Part shown: positions 32,192 through 40,947 of the stretch, in pieces
Numbering within the stretch: the first letter of the stretch is position 1
How the letters are laid out: each line of letters begins with the position of its first letter
Assembly (NCBI GenBank): GCA_963793305.1
Contig: CAWBZV010000005.1
Coordinates: 352,001-416,000, forward strand
Length of the DNA stretch: 64,000 nt
Source: an uncultured Gemmatimonadales bacterium
GTDB taxonomy: Bacteria > Gemmatimonadota > Gemmatimonadetes > Gemmatimonadales > Gemmatimonadaceae
Reading direction: 5' to 3'
Notes under the pieces: model-generated
Told to the model about the DNA's origin: nothing
What the model saw: only the letters and a program-made list of their open reading frames with translations
Databases searched by the model: none
Made by a program: the position numbers and the translations under genes

Positions 32192-33015
32192 GGGAGTTTC
32201 GGCGACGGGAGGCTGACGAGCACGCCCGTGATGACCAGCACGACGCACGCCATCGCGATCTCATACCGCGCGGACGCGTGCAGCTCTCGCGCGGCGGTCT
32301 CATCGCCCAACCGGGGTTTGATGCGCTGCCAGTTCCAGTAGCCGAACGCGACGACCGCGAGGACGGCGACGAGCTTGACGTCGAGCGCGAACCCGTACGG
32401 AGTCGTCCACAGAGCGGAGAGGTACTTCACGTGGCGCACGGCGGTAATGACGCCAGTCAGCGCGAGGAGCGATGCGCCCACGAGCGCGACGGGCGAGAAC
32501 GCCCGCACGAGCCACGCGACCGCCAGTCCTCGCTGCTCCACGGACACTCGCTCGTGCAGCGCGGCCGGCAACGCCGCGGCAACGAGCACGAACAACGTGC
32601 CAAGCCACAGCGCCCCGCCGATGACATGCAGGGGATTTACCGTAGACGTCCATTTGTCGAGGCGCATGCTCCGCACGGCAAACACCGTGGTCGCCAACGC
32701 GGCGAGCGCCCACGCCAGTGTCATGCGTCGTGCCGCCAGCACGAAAGCGACGCCGGCGACGACGATGGCCGTCATGGGCACGAGCGGCACACTATGTCCT
32801 TTCTTGCTGCTCATCGCGGCCGCTACGAGGTAGAGTACCCCAAACACACTGCCCACCGCGCCGATCCACGCCGCGCGGGCCGCGGCCTCGTCGCGCACCG
32901 TGACATCCGCGCGAGTCAGCACCGCGTACCGAAAGGCGACCGCGCCAATGGTGGCGTACGCCGCGAGAAATCCCGCGTATTCGACGAACGGCTTCGGCCA
33001 CTCGATGAGCGACAT
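32188..33015 (-). CDS. CopD-family inner membrane protein
   Basis: HVIGGALWLGTL, RAFSPVA, LWTTPYG..LDVKL, terminal LVITGVLVSLPSP. Confidence 0.75.
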   Translation of the reverse strand: MSLIEWPKPFVEYAGFLAAYATIGAVAFRYAVLTRADVTVRDEAAARAAWIGAVGSVFGVLYLVAAAMSSKKGHSVPLVPMTAIVVAGVAFVLAARRMTLAWALAALATTVFAVRSMRLDKWTSTVNPLHVIGGALWLGTLFVLVAAALPAALHERVSVEQRGLAVAWLVRAFSPVALVGASLLALTGVITAVRHVKYLSALWTTPYGFALDVKLVAVLAVVAFGYWNWQRIKPRLGDETAARELHASARYEIAMACVVLVITGVLVSLPSPKLP

Positions 33016-33058
33016 GTGGCCTGAAGATTGTCCTCGCGCGGTATGTGCTACGTAACGG

Positions 33059-33613
33059 TTACTTCGGGAGTTTGTAGCGAACGCCGAACTGGAACGGGAA
33101 GAACGCCGCGTCGCCAGCCGCGAACGCCTCGTGCCAACGGAGCTCGAAGAATCCGTCGACGGGCCCGAAGGGGTAACGGAGACCGCCGCCGAGATTGATC
33201 CCGAGGTTCGTGTCGCTCGCGCCACCAATGCACCCATCGCAGCTGACCGAGACATGATAGATGCCGAGCCCCCCGAGGAGATACGGCTGAAGCTTCGACG
33301 TCCAATGCACGGGAATGTCGTACAGCGCGTCAACATCGAAGCGCAAGATGTCCAAGCTGCCGCCGGTATATCCAAAGTAGTCGTACCCGATCTCGCCACG
33401 GAACGCGACGGGCAGCGTGCTTTTCGGGTGCCACTCGGCGGCCGCCATCAGATCGAATCCCAAGCCGGCAGCGCCGTACGACGGCACGGCAAACCCGATA
33501 CTTCCATCGAGGGCCCACTCACTCGGCCCTGACGTAGCGGTGGCGCGTGTTTGGCCAACAGCGACAGAAGCGATACTCAGACTGGCGATCACGGCAGAGA
33601 CAAAGGGTCTCAT
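33059..33613 (-). CDS. Outer membrane beta-barrel protein (8-stranded OmpW/OmpA-like)
   Basis: Signal peptide, PYLLGGLG, GINLGGGLRY, terminal FGVRY strand. Confidence 0.78.
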   Translation of the reverse strand: MRPFVSAVIASLSIASVAVGQTRATATSGPSEWALDGSIGFAVPSYGAAGLGFDLMAAAEWHPKSTLPVAFRGEIGYDYFGYTGGSLDILRFDVDALYDIPVHWTSKLQPYLLGGLGIYHVSVSCDGCIGGASDTNLGINLGGGLRYPFGPVDGFFELRWHEAFAAGDAAFFPFQFGVRYKLPK

Positions 33614-33712
33614 CGGCGTTGCTCCTCGAATGTTGTGAGCTGACCTGCTTCCCGCCGCGATATCTTAGGCGGGCACCTCACCAACAGACACGACGGGCCA
33701 CTATGTCCCGGG

Positions 33713-34000
33713 TCACATATCTGCTGTACGCAGCAACAACCCGGCTTCTTCGAATTGGGCGATCGTCCGGGCGACGGCCTCCCGGGCCGTAACGTCATCG
33801 ATCTTGAAGTCGCGCGCCAGCGCCGCCGCGATCGTCGAGGCGTCGTCACCGGCATCGAGCCGGCCCCACACGACCGCCGCGGTGGCGTTCAGCGAGAAGT
33901 ATCGATTGGTGCCGAGATGGATGATCACGGCGCCGCCCGGCACCGCGGCGCATGCCGTGTCGGGCGACGTACGATAGGCGGCGCCGTGGTTATCGTCCAC
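33713..34000 (-). CDS. PqqD-family RiPP recognition element (stand-alone RRE)
   Basis: GAVIIHLGTNRYFSLNATAAVVWGRL...LARDFKID...FEEAGLL. Confidence 0.85.
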   Translation of the reverse strand: MDDNHGAAYRTSPDTACAAVPGGAVIIHLGTNRYFSLNATAAVVWGRLDAGDDASTIAAALARDFKIDDVTAREAVARTIAQFEEAGLLLRTADM

Positions 34001-34973
34001 GCGCCAGCGCTCCCCGAACCGTCGCCACCGTGCGCAGCGGCGCGCAGACCGCCCGCCATGCCAGTCCCGCCAGCACTGCTGGCGATCCCTCAGCGAGTTG
34101 GCTCGCTACATAAACGAGCGGATCGAGATCGCCCGCCACTCGGGGCGTCGCTGGGACGGCCAATCTCGCCAGCGCGACACGGCGCACCGTGCGCCACGCG
34201 CGATCAGCCTCCCGCTCGCCGCGCAAGCCCGCTGCCGCCAACAATGTCTCCGCCGCGCGCCCGATGGGGACGTCCGTGGGCGCGTCTGCGCACACCGCCG
34301 ACACGTCCAGTACGTCGCGTAAACGATATCGCAACGTGCGGTGCACGACGGTCGCGTGCTCGAGCGTGTGGCGCGCCAGCGCCACCGCCGAGGGAATTTC
34401 GAGCCCAGGCACCGGCGTCCGCGTGTCTTGCCAGATGATCGTATCGAGTCCGGATCCGCCGTCTGACAACTGCGTGTGGATCTCGACGGCCAATGATCCG
34501 GCACGAATCAACGCGGGGAGATGCCGCGATGGCGTTCCCGTGTCGTCCGGCTGATAGCCGAGCTCCCGTTGCAGCGCCTGATGCCAGGCCGTTGGATGTT
34601 CGACGAGGAGGTCGATGTCAGCCAGCGTTCTGCGCCCGGCAGGTTCGCCACTCAACAGACGCGCGGCGCCTTTGAGAACGAGCACGCGACCGATACGTGG
34701 CGCGATCTCCGCGATCTCCGCCAGTTGCACTTGAGCAGTGAGCGCGTGAGCGACGGCGGCTTCCGATTGCGCGCGCAACACGTGCCGGGCAGGCTCCATG
34801 GCGCGCGCCAATCCAGGATCCCGCCGACACGCCCATTCGAGCCACGGCCCACACGCCTCGATGCACAGCACGCGCTCCCACGTCGCGACATCGCTCGGCC
34901 CAATGTCCCCCACGCTCCGACCGCGCACGGCCGCCGAAACGATATCGTAGACGGCGGCCGCCGACGATGTCAT
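33990..34973 (-). CDS. Nucleotidyltransferase (NTP_transf_5-like)
   Basis: VLKGAA...RTLADIDLLV...VEIH...H...LRDVLD. ATGA-coupled to the kinase. Confidence 0.78.
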   Translation of the reverse strand: MTSSAAAVYDIVSAAVRGRSVGDIGPSDVATWERVLCIEACGPWLEWACRRDPGLARAMEPARHVLRAQSEAAVAHALTAQVQLAEIAEIAPRIGRVLVLKGAARLLSGEPAGRRTLADIDLLVEHPTAWHQALQRELGYQPDDTGTPSRHLPALIRAGSLAVEIHTQLSDGGSGLDTIIWQDTRTPVPGLEIPSAVALARHTLEHATVVHRTLRYRLRDVLDVSAVCADAPTDVPIGRAAETLLAAAGLRGEREADRAWRTVRRVALARLAVPATPRVAGDLDPLVYVASQLAEGSPAVLAGLAWRAVCAPLRTVATVRGALARGR

Positions 34974-35743
34974 GCCGCCGCCAACAGTGTCTGATCGATG
35001 ACGTGCAGTTGCCGCGGCGAGTGCGTGAGCCGATACGCGGGGACCTGCGTCGCGATCGCACGCAAGGCATCGAGATGCCGACGCGCGTCGTCGTCCGGTA
35101 TCAATACCCACGCGGACTGCGCGATCAACTGGACGAGCGCCTCGACCGCGGTAATGCGCGTGAGGTGATCGGTCGGCCCTTGCGTCAGAAACACCATGCC
35201 GACGAGCGGCCCGCGCCGCGCGACACCCATGGTACGCGGAAGCCGTCGGCGTGCATCATTCAACACGCCTTGCCCCTCGAGCTCCGGAAATTCGCCCTTG
35301 AGATCCGTGCTGACCCACAGATCCTCGCGCCACGCGTGAGCCGTGACGCCATTCGCTACCCGCTCGAGGATCACGCCGTCGTCGCCGAGCACGCGCCAGC
35401 CCACGCGGGCCAGCGCATACGCCAGGGTGGACTTGCCGCTGCCGCTCACGCCGCTCAACACCCAGGCGCGACCGCGAGGGTCGACGACACCGGACGCGTG
35501 CAAGTGATAGCGGCCGCCACGACGTAAGCGAAGGATCGCCCCAGCGCGCGCGAGTTCGCGGCGCGATGCGGCGGGAATCGTCTCATATCCAGGTCCGCGC
35601 GCGAGTCGTCCATCGCGCACCCACAACTCGGCGCCCGCGTCGTGCGTCAGATGCGCGTCAGTACCGCGACTTCTCCCGACGACGGCGTTGAACTGCCACC
35701 GAAAATCGGTCAGTGGCAGGTTGGCGTCGGCGATTTTGTGCAC
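34970..35743 (-). CDS. HPr-kinase-related P-loop kinase (start uncertain)
   Basis: LHASGV...LSGVSGSGKSTLA...LGDDGV. Confidence 0.78.
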   Translation of the reverse strand: MHKIADANLPLTDFRWQFNAVVGRSRGTDAHLTHDAGAELWVRDGRLARGPGYETIPAASRRELARAGAILRLRRGGRYHLHASGVVDPRGRAWVLSGVSGSGKSTLAYALARVGWRVLGDDGVILERVANGVTAHAWREDLWVSTDLKGEFPELEGQGVLNDARRRLPRTMGVARRGPLVGMVFLTQGPTDHLTRITAVEALVQLIAQSAWVLIPDDDARRHLDALRAIATQVPAYRLTHSPRQLHVIDQTLLAAA

Positions 35744-35880
35744 GAGATGCCGATCTGCAACAACGCCGCAACAGCCGGTAGGCCCGCGTGTTGTGAGAAC
35801 GCGGCTAGGAACCCGTGCTCTCTCACCACGGGCTCCTCCCACACCAGTGTACCCGGAAGCTGCAGCGTATAAGAAACCAT
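35710..35880 (-). CDS. Candidate RiPP precursor, 56 aa: MVSYTLQLPGTLVWEEPVVREHGFLAAFSQHAGLPAVAALLQIGISCTKSPTPTCH
   Basis: Manual translation; too short for the ORF track. WxxPxVxxxG leader-like motif and a Ser/Thr/Cys-rich C-terminus; first gene of the kinase-NTase-RRE operon. Confidence 0.7.
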   Translation of the reverse strand: MVSYTLQLPGTLVWEEPVVREHGFLAAFSQHAGLPAVAALLQIGISCTKSPTPTCH

Positions 35881-35956
35881 CAGTAAGAAGACGCATATCG
35901 CCCCGCTCAGGTAATTGTGTCCTGTAGCACACGGCGAATCGTTTGTTCCGCACGAT

Positions 35957-35986
35957 GTGATAGGGCGCGTCGTTTTTTCGCGTCAA
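35957..35986 (-). promoter_or_regulatory. Possible sigma70-type promoter for the RiPP operon
   Basis: Minus strand TTGACG-N18-TATCAC about 77 nt upstream of the precursor ATG. Confidence 0.3.
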
Positions 35987-36042
35987 GCGCGCCAAACACC
36001 CGGCCGATACTGGGAAGTGACCCTAATTGGCCGAGGATTTTG

Positions 36043-37941
36043 GTGTCTACCCACGTTCGCTTGTCCTTCATTGCCATTGCGCTCCTGGTCGCGGGCTGTA
36101 GCTCCACGGCCGATCTCGGCGTCACGCCGGGCACTGGCACGCTCTACGGTACGATCTCGAATACGAGCGGCGCACTCGCCGGCGTCACGGTTGTCGTGAC
36201 CCCGGTTGGTTCAGCCGCACTGCCGTCGGTGACGACGACCAACGCCGGGACCTATCGCGTCGCCGGCATCGACGTCTCGACGAGCGGCAGCGGCACGGTC
36301 GCGGTGAGCGGCTTGCCTAACAACTGCACGATTCCCGCGGCGGCCACGTACAACGGCCTGCGCGCGAACGATTCGGTCAACGTCTCAGTGAGCGTCACCT
36401 GTACGACGCCCCCGTCAGTCGGCTCGATCGTCGGCACCATCACGTCGAGTCTGGGTGGCGGGATCGCCGGTGCGAAAGTGACGGTCACTCCCTCCGGTGC
36501 GAGCGCTCTTGCCGCCGTCACCACTGGCTCGAACGGCGCATACTCCGTGAGCTCGGTCCCCGTGGGTCAGGGCACCGTGTCTATCTCGAGCCTGCCGCAA
36601 TTGTGCACGGCACCGAATGCCAAGGCCTATGCCAATCTCGCCTCAGGCAAAGTCGACACGGTGAACGTGACGGTCACGTGCACCCCGGCGACCGGCAGCC
36701 TGGCGGTCGTGATCAGTACCGTGGCCGGTGCGACGCCGAGCGTGACGATCACCGGTCCGGCCAGCTACTCGAAGACGTTGTCCACGACTCAGACGCTCTC
36801 GGGCCTGACGCCGGGCAGCTACACCGTCAGCGCAGCGACGGTTGACGCGTCCAATGCAATCGTCGCCACCGTTGACACGGCGACGGTGTCGGTCGCGAGT
36901 GAGAACGTCACGGCGGGCGCGACAGCAACCGATAGCATCACCTACACCGCCCGAGTCGGCACGGGCGCACTCTGGATCGCCAACGCCCAAGGCTCAGCCG
37001 CGTTCGTCGACTACACCGCCACGCAACTGGCGGCCAGTGGTTCGCCTGCTCCGAACATGTCCTCGGGTACCGCGGCACCGAGCGCCACGTCCAACGCGAT
37101 GGCGTTCGACGCCCACGGCAACCTGTGGATGATCGCCGGCAACTCGAGTCAGATCCTCGAGTATTCGGCCGCCCAGCTCACGAGCAGCACCCCCGCCGCG
37201 ACGATCACGATCAATGATGGGAACGGCGTCGGGATCAACGGCATGGCATTCGATGCGCAGGGCAATCTCTGGTTGGCGAACTACGGCCCGTGCGATATCG
37301 ACGAGCTCTCCGCGTCGCAACTCGCGTCGGCCAGTGGATCGGTCACCAAGACCCCAGTCATGATCCTGAACGGCTGCGGCGCGAACGTGACCGTGACCGG
37401 CCCGAACGGCTTGGCGTTCGATGCGAATGGCAATCTGTGGGTCGCCGATATCGACTCGTCCGATGTCTACGAGTATCCGGCGAGCGTGCTCACCGGTACG
37501 GGCGCCGTCACGAGCGAGCCCGTGTTCCAGACCCGCCCCGGCATCGCGGTCCAGTACCTGGCGTTCGACGGCGGTGGCAACCTCTGGATGAGCGGCTCCA
37601 CCCAAGTCGTGCGCCTCTCGTCCACACAGCTCGCGGCCGGCGGTTCCAACGCACCGGTGACCGCGACGCCAAGCGGCAGTGTGACAGTGACGGGCGCGTC
37701 GCTCGAGGGCGTTGCCTTCGACGACAGTGGCGACCTCTGGGTCGTCGACAATGCCAACGCCGCGGCGCTCGAGATCTCGGCCACACAGTTGGCGAATGGT
37801 GGCACCGTTACGCCGACCACCAGGATCGGTGCGTCGAGCGGCTCGTTGAGCGCGCCCTGGTCACTCGCCTTCAATCCACATCCGACCAGCCTGCCTCAGC
37901 CGGCCCAACCAGGTCCCCAAATCTCACGTCGTCGGAAGTAG
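36043..37941 (+). CDS. Surface lipoprotein: carboxypeptidase-regulatory-like/Ig domains plus an NHL-type beta-propeller
   Basis: GAGGA RBS, lipobox LVAGC, two Cys-bridged beta modules, five (M/L/V)AFDxxG(N/D)LW repeats. Confidence 0.78.
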   Translation: MSTHVRLSFIAIALLVAGCSSTADLGVTPGTGTLYGTISNTSGALAGVTVVVTPVGSAALPSVTTTNAGTYRVAGIDVSTSGSGTVAVSGLPNNCTIPAAATYNGLRANDSVNVSVSVTCTTPPSVGSIVGTITSSLGGGIAGAKVTVTPSGASALAAVTTGSNGAYSVSSVPVGQGTVSISSLPQLCTAPNAKAYANLASGKVDTVNVTVTCTPATGSLAVVISTVAGATPSVTITGPASYSKTLSTTQTLSGLTPGSYTVSAATVDASNAIVATVDTATVSVASENVTAGATATDSITYTARVGTGALWIANAQGSAAFVDYTATQLAASGSPAPNMSSGTAAPSATSNAMAFDAHGNLWMIAGNSSQILEYSAAQLTSSTPAATITINDGNGVGINGMAFDAQGNLWLANYGPCDIDELSASQLASASGSVTKTPVMILNGCGANVTVTGPNGLAFDANGNLWVADIDSSDVYEYPASVLTGTGAVTSEPVFQTRPGIAVQYLAFDGGGNLWMSGSTQVVRLSSTQLAAGGSNAPVTATPSGSVTVTGASLEGVAFDDSGDLWVVDNANAAALEISATQLANGGTVTPTTRIGASSGSLSAPWSLAFNPHPTSLPQPAQPGPQISRRRK

Positions 37942-37974
37942 CGGCGACGAAGCAGTCAGTGCATACTTGCGCCC

Positions 37975-38721
37975 ATGCGAACGCTGCATGGGCGCAAGTT
38001 TTTGGTGCTAGGTCTTCTGGCCGCCGCCCAGGCCGGAGCACAAGACCTCGGCCCCTGGCCGCAACACTCGATGGACCGGCCGAAGCCCGCGATTATCGAC
38101 CCGGGTCCGCCGCCATCAGACGCGATCGTGCTGTTCAACGGCCACGACCTCTCGAACTGGCGCAACGCCGACAGCGCCGACAAGCCAGCGCTGTGGAAGG
38201 TCGAGAACGGCTATATAGAAGTCGCGCCCCACACGGGCAACATCGCCACGAAGCAGTTGTTCGGCGACTGCCAGCTCCACATCGAATGGGCGACGCCCGC
38301 CAAGGTCGAGGGCGAAGGCCAGGAGCGCGGCAATAGCGGCGTGTTCATGGCGGGAAAGTACGAGATCCAGGTCCTGGACTCGTATGACAACCCCACATAC
38401 GCCGACGGCCAAGCGGCGTCGATGTTCGGCCAGTATCCGCCATTAGTCAACGCGAGCCGCAAGCCGGGCGAATGGCAGACATATGATGTCATCTGGCACG
38501 GCCCGAGATTCGACGCGAATGGGAAACTGACCCGTCCTGCACGAATCACCGTGTTTCACAATGGCATTCTCGTGCAGGACAACGTCACGCTCTCCGGTCC
38601 GACGGCGTTCAAGAGACGCCCGCCGTACACGAGCGACCCGGTGAAAATGCCGCTGGCGTTACAGGACCACGAATTCCCGGTACGCTTCCGCAATATCTGG
38701 ATCCGCGAGCTGGCGAACTAA
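37975..38721 (+). CDS. DUF1080 3-keto-disaccharide hydrolase/hydratase, secreted
   Basis: PPSDAIVLFNG, FGDCQLHIEW, GNSGVF, YEIQVLDS, LQDH..VRFRNIW. Confidence 0.88.
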   Translation: MRTLHGRKFLVLGLLAAAQAGAQDLGPWPQHSMDRPKPAIIDPGPPPSDAIVLFNGHDLSNWRNADSADKPALWKVENGYIEVAPHTGNIATKQLFGDCQLHIEWATPAKVEGEGQERGNSGVFMAGKYEIQVLDSYDNPTYADGQAASMFGQYPPLVNASRKPGEWQTYDVIWHGPRFDANGKLTRPARITVFHNGILVQDNVTLSGPTAFKRRPPYTSDPVKMPLALQDHEFPVRFRNIWIRELAN

Positions 38722-38723
38722 CA

Positions 38724-40382
38724 GTGCGGCCGATTTACAATGTCGCCATCGTCGGCTCCGGCGCGGGCGGCGGCATGGCGGCGTACATGCTCACGAAGGC
38801 CGGCGCCAACGTCGTGTTGCTCGAAGCGGGCGCTCAGTGGAGCGCGATCGCCGACGGCGCGATGCTCACCTGGCCGTACGAGTCTCCCCGCCGTGGCGCG
38901 TCGACACCCACGCATCACTTCGGCGAATTCGACGCCTGTATCGGTGGCTGGTCGGTCGATGGCGAGCCATACACGACTGCCCCCGGCTCGGAGTTCATGT
39001 GGTGGCGCGCGCGGATGCTCGGCGGCCGCACCAACCACTGGGGTCGCATCTCGCTCCGCTGGGGTCCGGACGACTTTCGCCGCAAGTCTATAGACGGCCT
39101 CGGCGACGACTGGCCGATCACGTACGACGACGTCAAGCCGTGGTACGACGAAACCGACCGGCTGATCGGGTTATTCGGCAGCAACGAAGGTCTGCCGAAC
39201 GATCCCGACGGAGTCTTCCTCCCGCCGCCCAAGCCGCGCTGCTTCGAGCTGCTGATTCAGCAGGCTTGCAATAAGACAGGCGTTCGCTGCATTCCGGCCC
39301 GACTCTCGATCCTGACGAAACCGGTCAACGGACGTGCGGCGTGCCACTACTGCGGGCAGTGCAGCCGCGGGTGCAAAACCAACTCGAACTTCTCGAGCCC
39401 TGGCGTGCTGATCGAGCCGGCGCAGCGCACGGGCAAGCTCACGTTGCTGACGAACGCGATGGTGCGCGAAGTCACCGCCGGACAGGACGGACTCGCGACT
39501 GGCGTCAGCTACATCGACAAGACGACGGGAGCCGACGAACACGTCCGGGCTCGCATCGTCGTCCTCGCCGCCAGCGCCTGCGAATCGGCCCGTTTGCTCT
39601 TGAACTCCGGCCTCTCCAACCACAGCGGGCTGGTTGGCCAATACCTGACGGATACGACTGGCACCGACGTCTCGGGTTACATCCCACGCATGGCCGACCA
39701 CATCACGCACAACGAAGACGGCGTCGGCGGCATGCACCTCTACATGCCATGGTGGGTCGACAACAAGACGTTGGACTTTCCTCGGGGCTATCACATCGAG
39801 CCCAGCGGCGGCCTGCATTTGCCGGCGTACGGCTTCATGAGCGACACCATGCGACACGTGTCCCACGCGGGGTACGGCAAGGCGCTCAAGGCCGACTATC
39901 GCCGCCTCTACGGCGCAACCGTGCATTTCTCGGGTCGCGGCGAGATGATCCCCAACGCCGACTCGTACTGTGAGATCGACCCGAACGTGGTCGATCGGTG
40001 GGGCATTCCCGTGCTCCGCTTCCATTGGAAGTGGACCGACTACGAGTACAAGCAGGTGAAGCACATGCAAGAGACCTTCCGGTCGTTGATCAGCGCGATG
40101 GGCGGCGAGCCGCTGACGCCGATGCCCACGGCCGCCGAGGGCTATGGCATCGCGGCCGGCGGGCAGATCATCCACGAGCTCGGCACGACGCGCATGGGTC
40201 GTGACCCATTGACGTTGGTGCTCAATGCGTGGTGCCAATCGCACGAGGTCAAGAACCTCTTCGTCGTCGACGGCGGCCCGTTCGTCTCGCAGGCCGACAA
40301 GAATCCCACGTGGACGATCCTCGCCCTCGCCATGCGCACGAGCGACTATATCGCCACGCAGCGCAAATCGGGGGCGCTATGA
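38724..40382 (+). CDS. GMC oxidoreductase (glycoside 3-dehydrogenase flavoprotein-like)
   Basis: GSGAGGG, LGGRTNHWGR, CHYCGQCSRGC, IHELGTTRMG, KNPTWTILAL. Confidence 0.88.
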   Translation: MRPIYNVAIVGSGAGGGMAAYMLTKAGANVVLLEAGAQWSAIADGAMLTWPYESPRRGASTPTHHFGEFDACIGGWSVDGEPYTTAPGSEFMWWRARMLGGRTNHWGRISLRWGPDDFRRKSIDGLGDDWPITYDDVKPWYDETDRLIGLFGSNEGLPNDPDGVFLPPPKPRCFELLIQQACNKTGVRCIPARLSILTKPVNGRAACHYCGQCSRGCKTNSNFSSPGVLIEPAQRTGKLTLLTNAMVREVTAGQDGLATGVSYIDKTTGADEHVRARIVVLAASACESARLLLNSGLSNHSGLVGQYLTDTTGTDVSGYIPRMADHITHNEDGVGGMHLYMPWWVDNKTLDFPRGYHIEPSGGLHLPAYGFMSDTMRHVSHAGYGKALKADYRRLYGATVHFSGRGEMIPNADSYCEIDPNVVDRWGIPVLRFHWKWTDYEYKQVKHMQETFRSLISAMGGEPLTPMPTAAEGYGIAAGGQIIHELGTTRMGRDPLTLVLNAWCQSHEVKNLFVVDGGPFVSQADKNPTWTILALAMRTSDYIATQRKSGAL

Positions 40383-40417
40383 AAGTCGGGAGCGCTATGA
40401 AATCGGGAGCGCTATGA
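40365..40417 (+). repeat. Three tandem 17-18 bp copies of the RBS plus ATGA junction
   Basis: aaatcgggggcgctatg / aaagtcgggagcgctatg / aaatcgggagcgctatg. Confidence 0.9.
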
Positions 40418-40947
40418 GTGAGATCTCTCGCCGCGAGATGGTGGCGTGGCTCGCCACCTTGCCAATCGCGCAGGCGGCGTTAGCCGCCGAGCGCGCCTTG
40501 CGTGCCAACGCACCATTCGCGCCGAAATTCTTCACGCCGCACGAATGGCGCACGGTTCGCTTACTGGCCGACTATATCATCCCACGCGATGACCGCTCCG
40601 GCAGCGCCACCGATGCGGGCGTGCCGGAGTTCATGGATTTCATCATGACGGACCGCCCACAGGAGCGCTTGGCCATGCGCGGCGGTCTCCACTGGCTCGA
40701 CAATCACTGTCGCGACCGGTTCAACGCGACGTTCGCCGACTGCACACCGGCTCAGCAGACATCCATGCTCGACCAAATCTCCACTCCTCCAGTCGAGTTC
40801 TTCGCGATGTTCCGCGACCTGACGGCCACGGGATTCTGGTCGAGCAAAATGGGCGTCGCCGATCTCCGCTACATTGGCAACACGGTCGTGCACGAATGGA
40901 ACGGCTGCCCCGACGCGGCCCTCGCCAAGCTCGGAGTCTCTTACTGA
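40414..40947 (+). CDS. Gluconate 2-dehydrogenase subunit 3 family (Tat-exported partner subunit)
   Basis: SRREMV Tat motif, FFTPHEW, IIPRD..SGSATDAGVPEFMDF, GFWSSKMG..DL.YIGN. Confidence 0.85.
   Translation: MSEISRREMVAWLATLPIAQAALAAERALRANAPFAPKFFTPHEWRTVRLLADYIIPRDDRSGSATDAGVPEFMDFIMTDRPQERLAMRGGLHWLDNHCRDRFNATFADCTPAQQTSMLDQISTPPVEFFAMFRDLTATGFWSSKMGVADLRYIGNTVVHEWNGCPDAALAKLGVSY

Noticed and set aside
33713..35880. Calling the cluster a standard lasso peptide locus or a PQQ biosynthesis locus
   Set aside because: No cyclase or B2 protease, no Asp/Glu acceptor in the core, no pqqB/C/E, and no ExxxY PqqA motif in the peptide.
40365..40417. CRISPR array
   Set aside because: The repeats are directly tandem with no spacers and there are no cas genes.
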